Positions 1 to 13,635 of a DNA stretch of 64,000 bases are shown in pieces. Made by a program: the position numbers and the translations under genes. The stretch is from Camelus dromedarius (Eukaryota). Every line of letters begins with the position of its first letter. Position 1 is the first letter of the stretch. The stretch is from positions 84,198,001-84,262,000 of the forward strand of contig NC_087437.1 of NCBI RefSeq assembly GCF_036321535.1. Direction: 5' to 3'. The notes under the pieces are model-generated. The model made no database searches. It was not told where the DNA came from and saw only the letters and a list, made by a program, of their open reading frames with translations.

Positions 1-479
1 TGAATTTAGTAGTGTAAAGGTTACAAGGGCTTACTCTGAGGCTGTAATTTGCTCAGTATCCAATTATATCACAAGGACTTACTGCCTAACTGCTTACTTC
101 AAAATGTCCCCTGGCTGCAACAAAACAGTCAGGATCTAAAGCTATAAACTTGTAGCAAACAGCTGCCACTTTTTCTCTTTACTCTTTAACTCTTTACTAT
201 CTGCTACATGTAAGTTTTATATAAACATGCACTTAAAACCATCTTTTTTCTTCAGGATATTTGAAACTAAAAACTAAAAATAAAATGCTCAAAACTGAGA
301 AATATTTGAAGTCAAATAAAAATATATACATTCATAATATTCTACTATCTCTTAGTTTAAAAATAAATGTTTCCATGACTCTCATAATCCATTCCAACTA
401 GTTATTTCTCTTTTTTCCCACAGTTTTTCTATTGATGTTACCTTTACTTCTTCATCTCTCATTTATTCCTCAATTTATT

Positions 480-1710
480 CCAACTTGGTTGTGTCTCTAC
501 CACCCTGTAACTTTTATTTTAAGGTCATCTGATTGAATTCTGTAAGCTGCAGATTCCAATAGAATATTCATCCCCAAATTTCACTTTAATTGACCTTTTT
601 GGAGCACTCAATGTAACATTTTGAATTTCCTTTTTTTCTTCACACACTTCAATGTGACCATGCCTTACTATTTTCTTCCTTTTTCATTAACTCTCCCTTT
701 CCAGTCTTCTTCCCAAATCCTTCTAATTGCCAACTTAAATATTGACTCTTAGGCCATCTTCTCTTTCTCAATACTGTCTCCCAACTAAACACATCAATAA
801 CCAAACTTTAGAGACTATCTCTACACTGTTCAATGTTAGATAAATATTTCCAGCACATGTTGGATACAATTCTCCATTTTAATGTCTTAGTACATTCTCA
901 CATTTAATGTGCCCACAAGTAACCTCTTTCTCCTAAATTCGTTTTTTTTCACCACGTTTTGGCATCATATTCTTGATTTCTCCCATTTTCCTCCCCTTAC
1001 CTAACATTCAATCTACCCACAAACTCTACTTTCACCCCTAACTACTAAAATTTAATCATCTGCAAATACTCTCTTAGAAATACCTCCTCTTTTCTTTACT
1101 GTGACTGCCCTCATCCTGTCCAATATGATCCCTCATCCAGTCTAACTGGTTTCCTTGCTTCCCTTCCTGTCTCTTATAATCCACTATCTTTTCACAGAAT
1201 TATATCATTCCCCACCCCTACCATTTACAATCCTTCAGTGATTTCCCACTGAACTCAGAACAAAATCCAAACTTTCTAGTGAAGCATGTAATCCAATGTG
1301 ATCTCACCCTCTCTTTTCAACTTTTTCTCTGCCCACTCTCACTCAGTAAACTCCAGACACATCAGCATTCTCTGGCAAAAGTCAAATATATCCTGCCTAA
1401 AGGTCTTTGCACATGATGATATTCTCTCTGCTGAAACACTGTGTCAGCAGCCCCTCCATATTTCTTAGGTTTCAGGCAAACTGACACCTATTCAAAGAAG
1501 TCTTCCCTAAATACTTCCAAGTTTAGACCTCTAGTTGTTCTCTATATTTATATTTTTTATATTTCACAGAAATTTTCAAGTCACTGAGATTTTTATGTAA
1601 GTGTGTATGTGTACGTGTGTGCGTGTGTGTGTGTAGAAATCATCTGTCTTACCATTTTTTCTTAGTAACTAGCACAGTTTGGGTACATAGTAGGTGCTCT
1701 ACAAATTTGG
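480..1710 (+). mobile_element. Degraded L2 LINE, 3' part
   Basis: L2-like motifs: atccttcagtgatttcccactgaactcagaacaaaatccaaact (~1230-1275) and the terminal ggtacatagtaggtgctctacaaat (~1682-1706). A short imperfect TG tract is embedded at ~1601-1634. Confidence 0.6.
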
Positions 1711-1821
1711 TTAAGATATCTACTCTTTAGTTTGTTTAAGTACAGTTTTTATTCCATTGTAGTTTAATTTTTTATGAACAAACTTGAATGCTTTGCTTGT
1801 TAAAATCTCAGTATTGGAGGT

Positions 1822-2297
1822 TGAAGGGGAATAAAACAGGCCACCCCAAAATGTGCCACTTTGGCATGTGAATAATTTGAGCTGAAGTCAATCAAGGCCC
1901 AGAAAACTCAAGAAATACTTTCACCTCTTCCTTAACTATCTTAAAGAACCTAGATAAGGGGTCTGGCTCAGAAAGAGAGCTATTGCCAGAGGTGAATTTT
2001 ATCTGAATGACCTAACCATATAGCAGGACAAATATCTAATTACCAAACATCTGCTCTTCTTATTGTCCTGTGAATCACCCTCCTTCCCTTTGAATTCCCA
2101 GGCCCTATTCCATTCCTTAGCTCAGGGTCACATATAAGCCTTAACTTCTCAACCTTCCTTTGGGTCTCGTATTTTTATGGGGCTCTCTGACATAAGTAAT
2201 TAAATTTGTTTTTCTCCTCTTAATCTGTATTATGTCTAATTAATAGACCAGCCAAAAGAACCTAGAAGAGTAGAGCGAATCATTTTCCTCCCCTATA
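1822..2297 (+). mobile_element. Solo ERV1 LTR, MER34-like
   Basis: Begins tgaagggga...ccaccccaaaatgtgccactttggcat...tttgagctgaag and ends ttttcctcccctata. Perfect 4-bp TSD AGGT at 1818-1821 and 2298-2301. Confidence 0.8.
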
Positions 2298-2384
2298 AGG
2301 TATTCTAAAAAGTCCCATGATGGTCTATCACATTATCTTACAAAAAACTGCTTACCATGGCATTATGCTAAAGCATTTCACATA

Positions 2385-2824
2385 TATTTGGTTAGATCTG
2401 TTTTCAAGAAACAAAGCCTAAGATAAGGATACTGACACATGTGATATACTGTGAATATGTTTTCAAAGGAAGTGAAACAGTCAGCACAGGGAAAGGAGGT
2501 ATGCAAGGATGTGGTCTCAGTTAAAGGTTAGCTTTAGCCGAATTCCACAAGGAACTATAGAATGTGAATTACACCACAGACGTTTTCCTACTTTAAGGGA
2601 AGGGTTTCAGCCTTTTGAAATCCCTTGTCAATCCATCCATGACTGTTGGTTTCTCCAGGGGTTAGCAGGGGACGTAACTTTCTTGGACAGGCAGCTCCCA
2701 GCCAAGCAAATTCTTGGGGAAGGGGGCAGCTGTGAGCCATCAGCAGCCAACACTCAGCAGCTGAGGGATGGGTACACTTGCTCAGGAAACAGAACATGGG
2801 CAAGGCATCTACAGTGCCATTACA
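2385..2824 (-). mobile_element. ERVL LTR (LTR16/LTR33-like), apparently inserted into a MIR
   Basis: caagaaacaaagcctaagataagga...gcacagggaaagg...aggcatctacagtgccattaca resembles the reverse LTR16 class. MIR-like pieces lie on both sides (~2350-2385 and ~2830-2980). Confidence 0.55.
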
Positions 2825-3199
2825 TATACTTTTTTATTTAAACAATCATCTAACATGACTATTATTATTTCATAACAATGAAATGAAATGTAAAAATGTA
2901 TTATTAGTTCAAGAGAACACTCCAGCACAGGGTACTGCCCAAATTGGAACCCGAGACTTTCACTCTAAAACCAAGTCTTTTATGCATTGAATTCTGCTTG
3001 TACCTTCAAAGAGAATTTTATTTAAGTGAAGACTCTCCAAGTCGGGGGGACAGAAACATTCCTTAGTTGCCAATGACAACTTTTGAAGTTAGGTAAGGAA
3101 ATCACAAGAAATATTAAAATGTGAAAAAACCTCATGACTCATCTTTTAATAATGATTTTGTTCTGCTCATCATAAAGAGAATCACCATATTAATAATGC

Positions 3200-3435
3200 A
3201 GATAGTACTAGCTAGCATCCACTTGGTGTTTACTGAAGTCATCATGACTGAAATCACTGAAATGTATTTTCGTAGTTAATATTCTCTATAGCCTAATGGG
3301 ATAGATACTATTGCTATTCCTATCAGAGAGATGAAAAACTAAACCATAAAATTTTTGTCTTGCTCAAGGTCACAGAGAAGTGGCATATTTGGACTTGAAC
3401 CCAAGTCAGCCTGACACTAGATTCTGTATTACTAA
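3200..3435 (-). mobile_element. MIR SINE
   Basis: cttgctcaaggtcacagagaagtggc...ggacttgaacccaagtcagcctgac, the reverse MIR core. Confidence 0.7.
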
Positions 3436-5851
3436 TCAACGTCACTGGCAAAATGAATTAATGTATCTAATTCTGTATATAACAAAATGACTCTATTTCT
3501 AGGACAAAAGTCTTATGAGAGAAATTGAACGAAAATTACTCAGAAAGTGATAAAAAAAATTAATAACATAATTCACACTGTATTTTTCAAGTCATTCTAA
3601 CTGCTAAAATACAATAAGGATTAAATCCAAGCACTATCATATACCTTGTCATAACAAATGAAAAATGCAGCTATCTAGTGAGGGACTAAAAGAAGAAATC
3701 TCTGACTACAAATGAAGAAATACATCATCTTTATAGATAGAAAGTTGAAAAAAATTTTAATAGTTTGGAATATGGAATATTCTACAAAAATCCTTTAATT
3801 TTGAAGGCTAAATTCCCAACAATACAACAATAAATAAAGATTTTTATCATTAAGGCACAATCCATTCCTTTAAATACATCCATTCCTTTTTTAAAATGGA
3901 ATCTTAAGGGCTGTTATCACAGACTTCTAGATACATAAATCAAATATTAAATACCAAAGAATCAAGGAACAAGTAACACAATACTAGAAAAGGCATATTA
4001 CTGTTTCAAAGTACACTTGAGATATTAAGAAAGAGAAGGATGATAAAAGGGCAACCATGTAGAAAGGCCTAGTGGCTTTAAAAGTTATGTACCACTACAG
4101 CTTATTTCTTAACTGTGCATTCTATACAAAAGAGAAATTTTATCTGCAAAGCATCCTGCTGAGGGACTTGAATTGCTGTAAAGGTAAGGTGCTCTCTCTA
4201 GCATAAGAAAAAAGAAGAGAGAAGAAAAGGTAGGGAAAAAGCAACCGGAGAGGGATGAGCCAAAATAACAGTGAAAATTTCTGGTGCATGTGCTGTTCTT
4301 TTGGGGAAAATTGGTATGCTTTTGACCTATAGAAATATTTTATATAAAGAATGATTTCACTTGTCTCTGAAAGAATTTCACTTGTTTCTAACAGGATTTT
4401 GTAGAAACTCTAAATCTTAATTGAGAGCAAAACAAGGAACACGGTGTTAAAAAGAAAGAACAGGGTTTTCATTTACTCTTAAATGATTCCTAGAAGCCTG
4501 GCATTATACATTCTGGAGATACAACAGCATGTGGATCTATAGCTACAATTTTATTTCTTCCCAAAGAATTATAAACACTTACACAATACAACAGTGGTCA
4601 AGAACATTTGAAAACTGAATTTTGAAGAACCTAAGTTGCTCTGCAGTCCCAGAAAAGTTCAAAGGGAAGTAGAAGAAGAACTTTGCACCTGTTTTATATA
4701 TTGTATTTCCATAAATAATTCAATTTGGTACCTAAAATAAGTACTTGGGGTGTGTGTGTATGTGCCCACACATTATTTTTAGTAGACTGCTTATGTTTGA
4801 AAACAACCATGGTAGGTAATATACTAACAATAAAAGCTAAACCTGAAAGAATTTAAACAGTCAGGTAAAGGAAAAGCTAACTGCTCAGACACAATTGAAT
4901 TCTAGATGTGTTAAAACAACAATTTATTGCAAGAGGTGACTTCAAGCAAGGAATAATGCCTTTAAAAGAACACAGTTGCTGATGCACAAATTGAAACAAA
5001 TTCTAATAGAAACTGAATCCTCTATTTAGCAAATTGGATGAACCATTCACATTATACTAAATGGTGTTTTCATGGACTACAAATCGTTTTATACATTAAG
5101 TCCATAAAAATGAAAGTACTGAGGTTGTGATAATGTACAGTCATGGCACTGATAATTACAAAGATTGTAAAACTCTCCCCAAAGAAGGAAAGTAGAGTTT
5201 AGTTTGCTCTATCTGTTCACATTAACATCTCATTAGAGGTCAGGAGGTAAAAACCTCATCACTAAGATCAGTTGATTTTTCTCATACAAACATGAAATTA
5301 TAATTCAGAAGTGAATTGCATTGTCATTTTCTTTAGTAGGAGCAATTTGATTACATCAGTTGAGAAAAGAATGCTCAAATTGAAACTTGTCAAGGAAGTG
5401 TTTTTTTTTTTTAAATTTTAAAGTGCCAATGTAGACTTAGAAAACAATATTCTTGCATGATATATACACATGGCAGAGTTGTATTCAATAATAAAATTAA
5501 AATGAATTAGACAACCAAGGTGAACCCCCTGAAATTCAAAGTCACAGTTTTTTGTTTTTTGTTTTTAGTGCATAATTCTTAGAAAATGTTTTTTGATTTA
5601 TAAAACCACAACAAACTTTTGTGTGTGTGTATATATATATATTTTTTTTAAATCAAGATTTCATTATCTCAAAAACATGTATTATAATTTTGGAGGTGAC
5701 TAGGCATATTACTATCTTTTTTGCATTCTTAGAACTACACAGCTCTGATTTGGGGCTCTTCTCTAATGCAGTTTTATTGAACCTCAATGCTATTTCCATA
5801 GTAATGAACTTGGTTTTTTCATTTGTCTTCCATTCTAGGAATTAAGGAATT

Positions 5852-5853
<2 letters not shown>

Positions 5854-5883
<30 letters not shown>

Positions 5884-5884
5884 G
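5854..5884. repeat. (TTTTG)n simple repeat
   Basis: Seen directly. Confidence 0.9.
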
Positions 5885-6779
5885 GTCTGCATTGACATTC
5901 CATATTATCTTTTATTCTAGTTATTGGATTAAGAATATGTTCAGTTCTCTGTAAAATATGTTCAGCATTATGATACTCTATTCAGTCAAACACCATAATA
6001 TGGTTATGATATTTTATAGTTAAAACCAGAATGTTTTTGTTTTCTTACTAGTGATCTTTAAATAATTTGTTTTAAATACTGTTTTTAGAATTTTCTTAAG
6101 ATCCATGATACATGTGGTGAAAAATTCAGGATGTTACTTCACTGCTTATTTGTGGCAATAGACTCACCACCTTTCACCTATACCACTAAAATTAACTATT
6201 TCAATTTTTCCTAGATTAAATTTTGCCATATAACTATATAACTTTTCTTCAATGCAGAATGATTTGATTAACATCCATGCATACATACATAGAATACTTT
6301 AACCACAATTACTGTGATTAAATATGCGACTTCAATAACACAGTATGTGTAGTAAAGATTAAATTGTTATCTCGCAAACCAGTTCATAGCACTCTTTCTG
6401 AAAATATGGAATCTCCAGCAGCCTCCTCACACAACTCCTTGCTCAGGATCTTCCATGCTCCAGGGTAGTGGTGCTACCACATTCCTAAGAACCCCTTAAC
6501 TTTTTTTCAAAGTTTCTCAGTCCCTCCTCCTACCCTGCAATACTTCCATAATAGGGATAGCCTAGTAACTACATTTCAGTATTCTCTAGTTCTTTGGATT
6601 TGAATTAGCCACATCATACATTTTTATGTTAATTAACACATGTTACTTATGTACTTTTCTTAATAAATTATACACATATATGCACACAATTCCGTAATTT
6701 AAAAAGATGGGAGAACTTTCATAACATTCTCAACATAGCAAATAATATACGTAAGTCTTACGAAGTCATATTTATAGTT

Positions 6780-8140
6780 TATACAATTTTGGATGCTGCT
6801 TCTCTTCCTTTAATTTTAGCCTAACCATAATATTTCATCTAGAGGATACACTTTTTTAACTCATTCTTTGATGATTAGATATTTAGGTTGCTTACAATTC
6901 TTCACTAAAATAAATTTATCATGGTAATTTAAGAGGTTATAATTAGGTACTACACCCAAGCTTTAGGAAGTAGCTAAACTTAATGAAAAGATTATACTAG
7001 ATGCTCTGGAAAGTAAATAAGGTTAGGAGAACTTTTAGGGGTAGGGAGAGGGAGGAAAAGATGTTAGAAGACTGGAAAGGGTTACAGAAATTGTGGGATT
7101 ATAAACTTTGTTCTATGGCTCTAACTCTGGATTATGGCAAGACATCAGGTTGTCAAATAGGCTAGCTTCTGGGACAGGGTGCCTCATTCTCTCCAAAGAT
7201 GTCCTTGCACAGAGAGTGGCAGGAAGATAGCAAACCCTGAATGGTACCACCTGGATACAGTCAGCAAAGATCAATGGCAGATGATCTGAGGGGTGTCCCT
7301 GATTCACAGGTACTGACTTAGGTTCCAGCAACTTGGCACAATTGGGTGAAGTCGGTAATAATGACTGGGGTTGAACTCCTACCTCTTCAGCAGAAAGGTG
7401 GTTCAAGAACAGATTTAGACTGACTTGAGGAAAAGAAAAGATGAGAGATCTTTTATACAGCTAAATATTGGGACTAAAATTCAAAACTACAAAATAACCT
7501 ACTCTGAAAAGAAGGTCTTTTTGCATGTCACTTTATCTTTCTTTTGATAATTTCATGGTAGTGGAATTGATTTGTCAAAGGGTAGGGGCATTTTTAATGA
7601 CTCTGGAAATGTATTACCAAAATGCTTAGCCAAAAGTCTGATCAATTAATACTGCATAGTCATCATATCCTTATGAGAAACCACTACTGTTATTTTTTGG
7701 TTTGTTTATTTATTTTTTTAAATCTACTAGTTAAAAATATAATGCCTCCATATTTTCTTTTATTTATTTACTTAAAACTAGTGGACTGAAACCACTGTCC
7801 TTGTTCTTTTTAAAGAATCAATTTTAATGAGATATGATTTCTGCAAAATAAACTGCAGTCAATTAAAGTGTATAATTTAATGAGTTGTGATGAAAACACC
7901 ACAACAGCAGAGATATAAAATTTACCATCACTCCTGCCAGTTTCAGTGCCTCTGTGGTTCACCCCTTCTTACACATCCAGCCACACAGTTAACCATGGGT
8001 CTGCTTTGTGTCATGATAGAATAGTTAGTGCACATTTTCTTAAAATTCATATATCATCCATTACGTATTCTTCTTTGTTTTCGTATATGCTCTTTTCCAA
8101 CTTCCTTCATTAAGCATATCAATTTTTTATAATTTAGCAT
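6780..8140 (-). mobile_element. Fragments of old L1M 3' regions, interrupted by an unassigned insert at ~6940-7530
   Basis: gatatttaggttgcttacaatt (~6880), gtggaattgatttgtcaaagggta (~7561) and ttttaatgagatatgattt...aaagtgtataatttaatgagtt (~7822-7886) are typical antisense L1M motifs. Confidence 0.5.
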
Positions 8141-9029
8141 CAGAATGTCTCCTATATAACTATTTTTAGGCCTCATCATTTGTCTTCAAATATGATGTTA
8201 AAATGCCTATATTAAAATAATTTATTATTAAAGATATCACATGATATTTTCAATTTTCTCAAATAACAAATGTTATTATTTTTTTCTCTTCTAGTGGTCT
8301 AGCCTAAGTTAGAAGCCATAATAAGAATGAAACTTAGAAAACACTTTTTTTTCAAATTACTCCATCATATTTATGATTAGATAATTCAATATTTTAAAGT
8401 AAGTAAATAATTAATCATTTTTCTGTCTACATTTCAAAAAAAAGGTAAAGTAGAATGAACTTTATGGTTGCTATTTTGTAAGAAGTGTAATATAACTACA
8501 ATTATGTTATATGGGAACTAAATCGATTTTCTAATATTTGTTTTTGTTTTTACTTAACAAAACTTCTATTTAATTTACTTTTTATTTTTAAATGTTTGAA
8601 TCTATAATACTCAATAATTAAAAGAAAAAAAGATTTTTTTTGACGCTGAGGTAAATGCCCATATATAAAAAGGCTTTTATCAGTTCAAGAATTAAATAAA
8701 AGTCAAATGACATGAAGTTTATATTTAATTATGATTAATAGGAATATAAATATTTTATTAATTGGTTGTGTTCAGTTACATGAGAAATTATATCTAAGTT
8801 ATATTTTTTCAGTTACAGTGCCTTTTTCAGGAATTTAAAATCAAATAAAATTATTAACAACATATTAAAATTGATTTTCCACTTTTAATAAACTGGAAAA
8901 TCATCATAACTTTTTAAGCTCTTTTAGAAATAACATTTAATTGTGAAGAGCACTGAATTGGGTAATCATAACTATAACTTCCTACCTTAATATTCATTGT
9001 GACCACACTACCTACAAAGACAAAAGAAA

Positions 9030-9200
9030 GACATTTTTTATTGAGCTCCTATTATTACCAGATGTTGTATTCGACATTAATCTATATTGTCTCATTTAAT
9101 ACTCCCAACAGTCATAAGGCAGAAGTATTATCTTCACCTTGCAAACTAGGAAACTATTGTTTAAAGTGGCTAAATAACTTCCACAAATTCACCCATGGGA
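9030..9200 (-). mobile_element. MIR SINE fragment
   Basis: ttattgagctcctattattaccag...tctcatttaatactcccaaca...ggaaact...taaataacttcc. Confidence 0.6.
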
Positions 9201-9383
9201 AAAAACCCTGCAATTTAGTTCTCCTCTATGTATAACTAGTTACTAAATCAGTCTTCAAGATTTTACTCTCCATACAAAATATACTAGTTTCCTTCAATCA
9301 TTCCTTGATGGACCTACTAAGCATTGTTAATTCTACCCTGTATATCCTTTCTAAATTTTTTTTTTACTTTCCATTTTTGGAAT

Positions 9384-9635
9384 ATCAAAATATAAATTCA
9401 AAATTCTGAAATGATGACAAACACATTTAAAATGCTAGATAGTAATGAAGCAAATTTGGCACTGACAGTTTTAAGGGGAATTCTAGACACCTAATTCCAC
9501 TTTGGGACCATCAAAATATAAATTCAAAATTCTGAAATGATGACAAACACATTTAAAATGCTAGATAGTAATGAAGCAAATTTGGCACTGACAGTTTTAA
9601 GGGGAATTCTAGACACCTAATTCCACTTTCGGACC
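9384..9635. repeat. Direct tandem duplication, 2 x 126 bp, one mismatch
   Basis: 9384-9509 and 9510-9635 both read atcaaaatataaattcaaaattctgaaatg...ctaattccacttt(g/c)ggacc. The difference is at 9504/9630. Confidence 0.95.
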
Positions 9636-10229
9636 AGAATATGGGAATTAGAAGTAAGTATAAAGGAAAGAAATTTGTGTAGGTACTGCATATTATTCTT
9701 GATTAAGAACTATTAGAAACAGAAATTGGTCATCAGCAAGATATTTTACTTTAACCCATAATTGTAGTTACAGCCACAAACGGATGTTAATAAAAATAGA
9801 CTTTCTTTAACAACAGTATGCCTCTGGGACAGAAGCTATTTCCTCACAGTTTTAAGAAGAACTGAGACCCCATTATAAAGCATTAGAAGGTTGGGTTTTG
9901 GTACATTAAACTAGCAACTGGATTCACTTATTTTCAGACAGAGTTTTCATTAACCTGTTAATGTTTATTCATGCCAATTCTTAACAGACTAAACATAGCT
10001 AAAATTCTACTGAGACTAGTATTCTTCAGGTAGCATCAACACTTGCACTTGTAAGAAGTGGATATGAAGTTTCTCTGCCCAGTTACAAACCACTAATGTC
10101 AGAATCTTTTGTTTTTTTTAATCAACTCTCTTTCCCAACCAACTCACTCACTCAATATCTCTCTCTCTCTCCTTTCTCCCTAGTGGAACTTTAAATTATT
10201 TTTCATTAAAAATTTTTGAAATGTTGCAT

Positions 10230-10455
10230 ATTAATAAGAGCTAATATAGCGAAATGTTTACAAGGTCAGAAGTGCTGTGCTAAACCCTCTATGTACATTA
10301 TATCATTTAATACTCTCAAAAACCTCATGACACTGGTACTGTCTTCTCCCCTGTTTTGTAGTGGTGGAACTTGGTCAGTGGTAGAACTGAGCTTCAAACT
10401 CAGCCAGTCTGACTCCAGAGCCTGCATGTTTCATCATTAAACTACACTGCCTCCA
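10230..10455 (-). mobile_element. MIR SINE
   Basis: tgctgtgctaaac...attatatcatttaatactctcaaaaacctcatga...cagtctgactccagagcctg...actacactgcctc. Confidence 0.7.
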
Positions 10456-12300
10456 CTTAAAATTTACCTATGGAAATAGAGTGTTTCCAATTATATCATA
10501 ACCAACTCTTTACAAAGGATTATTGTTTTACAAAAAAATTTCCATTTGGCAGTGATTTCAAAAAGCAGAAAGCCTGTCGTTATAGAGTCATTTGTTTTGG
10601 GGTTTTGGTGAGTTTTTTAAGATAATTTTTCAAGTAAAACAAGTCAGAATCAAGAGTCCCTTAAAATAATCTAACACTAAAATGGGAAGAAAAGATAGGA
10701 AGCAATTAGTGAGTAGCTAGCAAATGTGGCCATTTTGCTGGCAGAGACCTTACTCTCAACATGGTATCTTTGAATGTAACACTTGGCTCCTAGAAGATGA
10801 AAGTTACATAAAACATGTAAACAACTTCTTGAATTTTGAAAATTTTGACTAGGTTTTCTCATGTGTTTTAGATACTAAGTTCCAGATCCTCAAAGGAAAA
10901 AAAAAAAACCAAACAATACTTTTTTTTGTTTCATTCCATGCTTTAATCAAATTCGTCATGTTTGATAATATAAAATGTTTATGTTTAGAATTTCTTTCAG
11001 CTCAATTAGAAATAAAATATGTCAGGGAATGTGTGCTTTTTTAAATCTTAAAATTGATTTACTCATAATGTTTGCTGTTTATAGTTATAAAAATGACAAT
11101 GTTTTTTAGTATGAAATTATAACAGACTGCAATAGAGACCCGCTAATCCCACCTTACCATCCCTTCCTGTGACTGGGATCAATATGTCATTTTGGCTCCA
11201 GCAGTTTCAAAGAAGTAGAAATTAAACATATGGACAATATTTGTGTATTTTGCTATTTGAAAGAAATGGTATGTATTTGAAAAGTTAGGCTGTCTTCTCC
11301 AATCTACTTCCTTTTCCCTACACTAGGTCTCATTAGCATGAGAACAGCAGATGGGACCTTCATAAAGTATGTTTGTTTCAGGACTTTGATATGCAAATAT
11401 CTGTTCTAAAAGAATGAGAAATGAACTGACCACCAGATTTTCTCATAAGAGAATTCCTCTAACTAAAAGAAAAAGAGAGAAAAAGAGAGAAAAAGAGAGA
11501 GACAAGGCTGTGAACCCTGAGATGGATAAGCTTTGACATTTTACATTCCTATATAATATACTCAAGTGTAAAATATTGCCTCCATTAAAATGCAAAAAAA
11601 AAAAAATCAATTTCAGGATATGAAGTGTAAATGTTGCAATAGATTCACCCTGTTAATCTTACAGGTAATTCTTTACTCAGGCTGATATTTGTCTTTATGA
11701 ATAATTTAAGTCTGTAACTCCTTAGAGAGCAAATGAGATATTTTATCTATTTGAGGATTTTTACCTAAATGAACATAAATAAAAAATGATTTTAAAAGAA
11801 ACACTGTAAAATGGTATTTTTAAAAAAGCCTAAGAATTTAATTCTCAAGTTTATATAATACAAAATTGAAAAATATATTTTCCCTGACAATTGTTTTTAG
11901 TCTTATTTGCTTATATCTAACACTTCACCAAGTTAATACATGGCAGTAAAATCAGAACATGAAAAATAGATTCTGAAGGCAAATTATGAAAATGAAAGTA
12001 AGTGATTTAAGAATAAAATCCTTGAAATCTAAACAGGGTTCTAGTCATGAGGAATCCCTGATGGGAAAGAAATTCAGACTTGAAAAAAACAGATGTTAAG
12101 GCAAAACAAAATAATAGTTAAATTAAAGCATTTAAAATATTTAATATGTAAGTTAGAAATTTTAAACTTAGGAAAAGTATAAAATATTTTATATAATTTA
12201 ATCTTATAAAATTTGAGAGGATGAAAAAAAATCCTCCATATAAAATCCTCATTTTAGGTAAGATATGTAATATAAAGCATATTATGCAGCAAAATGCTAC

Positions 12301-13465
12301 TGTAACTGAATGTTAAGTGGGAATTTTCCCACAGCCAGAAATTTCAGAGAAGGCCCCAGTTGAATTTAATCACTGCTAGGAATCTTTATTTTCCATTCAC
12401 AAACTTTAACACTTGGAGACAGTGAACACAAGGAATGGTTTATCAGGATTCTCCAGTTTCAGTGCCCCCAGTTCTTGCAGCAATAATGAGGGATGAGAGA
12501 GAATGGTCTTTGGGGGTAATGTGAATGAGGCAGTCAAAAGAATCCCTCATGAATTTAAGGTTGCCTAAAATGTTCCCTCAAATTTATTAAACTAGATCTA
12601 CTCTCTCTTCTAAAAAGTTGATAAGCCACTGGATCTGCAGACAGTGTAACACTGTCCAGGGTTGAAAATAATGACCAAAACAGAGAGATAGAGGTGATGG
12701 GATAAGGAGCCCTAGGGAGTAACCCATCCTCCTATTCACTGATGAATAAGGATATGCACTTTCCTTGGGTGGGCTGCTTATGAATAAGGTTCCTTGACTT
12801 AAGCGGACCTAATAATATACCTACACAAGCAAGTAACTGCAAGGAAAAGGCACCTTAATAAGTAGACTTTTTTGACTTTAATGAAGAATAAAGAGATGAA
12901 AGAAATGAAGCTGAATCCTGATCTGCCTCTTCAGTGATCCAAGAAACAGGACACCAATTACATAACTCTCAGAGGGAAGCACTCAGAAGAAGCACAGGCA
13001 CTGGGAAGCCAGGTACACGGAGGACATCTGAAGTGAGTGCCAGTCTTAGAAGCAGAAGACTACAATCTCATTGAGTCTTAAGGAGAAATGTGTCCACTCC
13101 TGCTACATCACAGATGGAGTTGGCATCTAGGAGTGTGAGATAGAAGTATCTGGAATCCCACCCACACCCCAGTACTCTCAAGCACAAAAGCTGTCAGCAC
13201 AGATGGTACGTGTAGAAAAGCTTTGAATGGAACTTAAGATTGACGTTTTAAAATGAATAAGTAATAGAATAAACTAATAACCCAAGTGTCTGAAAAGTTA
13301 TGGCATCTGTCTAAAAAGGGTCCAGGAAGAGCCCCCAAGTGAGAAAAAAGGGTAAAAGTTCCATTATAGCTGGTAGCAATTACTGAAAAAAAAAAAACAA
13401 CCTAAAACAATATCTTATTTAAATAACAATGGGTTGTATTGTAACTCCTCAATAAACAGGTTACT
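12301..13465 (+). mobile_element. Ancient long LTR, MamGypLTR-like (Gypsy-derived)
   Basis: Termini TGTAAC...GTTAC(t). The internal cccaagtgtctgaaaagttatggcatctg and terminal aataaacaggttac resemble the recalled MamGypLTR 3' region. Length about 1.16 kb. Confidence 0.45.
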
Positions 13466-13635
13466 CTAGTCAGTGGTATACTTAAAATAACATTATTGTG
13501 TTCTATTTTTCTCTGTATCAGTATGTATCATGAAGTTCAGGTGTATATCTCTAAGAAAGGGCACAAATAATGCACCATTAAAGGGTATGGAACACCCAGA
13601 AATAACTATGCCTCATAAATGAAAGCACTGGAAGA

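Noticed and set aside
2509..2841. 110-aa ORF and most other 60-140 aa ORFs in the track
   Set aside because: They lie in LTR, L2 or MIR relics or AT-rich intron, many start at non-ATG codons, and none has a recognisable domain or exon-like boundaries.
9384..9635. CRISPR-like or other repeat-spacer array
   Set aside because: Only two abutting copies with no spacers, in a mammalian intron. No array structure was seen anywhere in the window.
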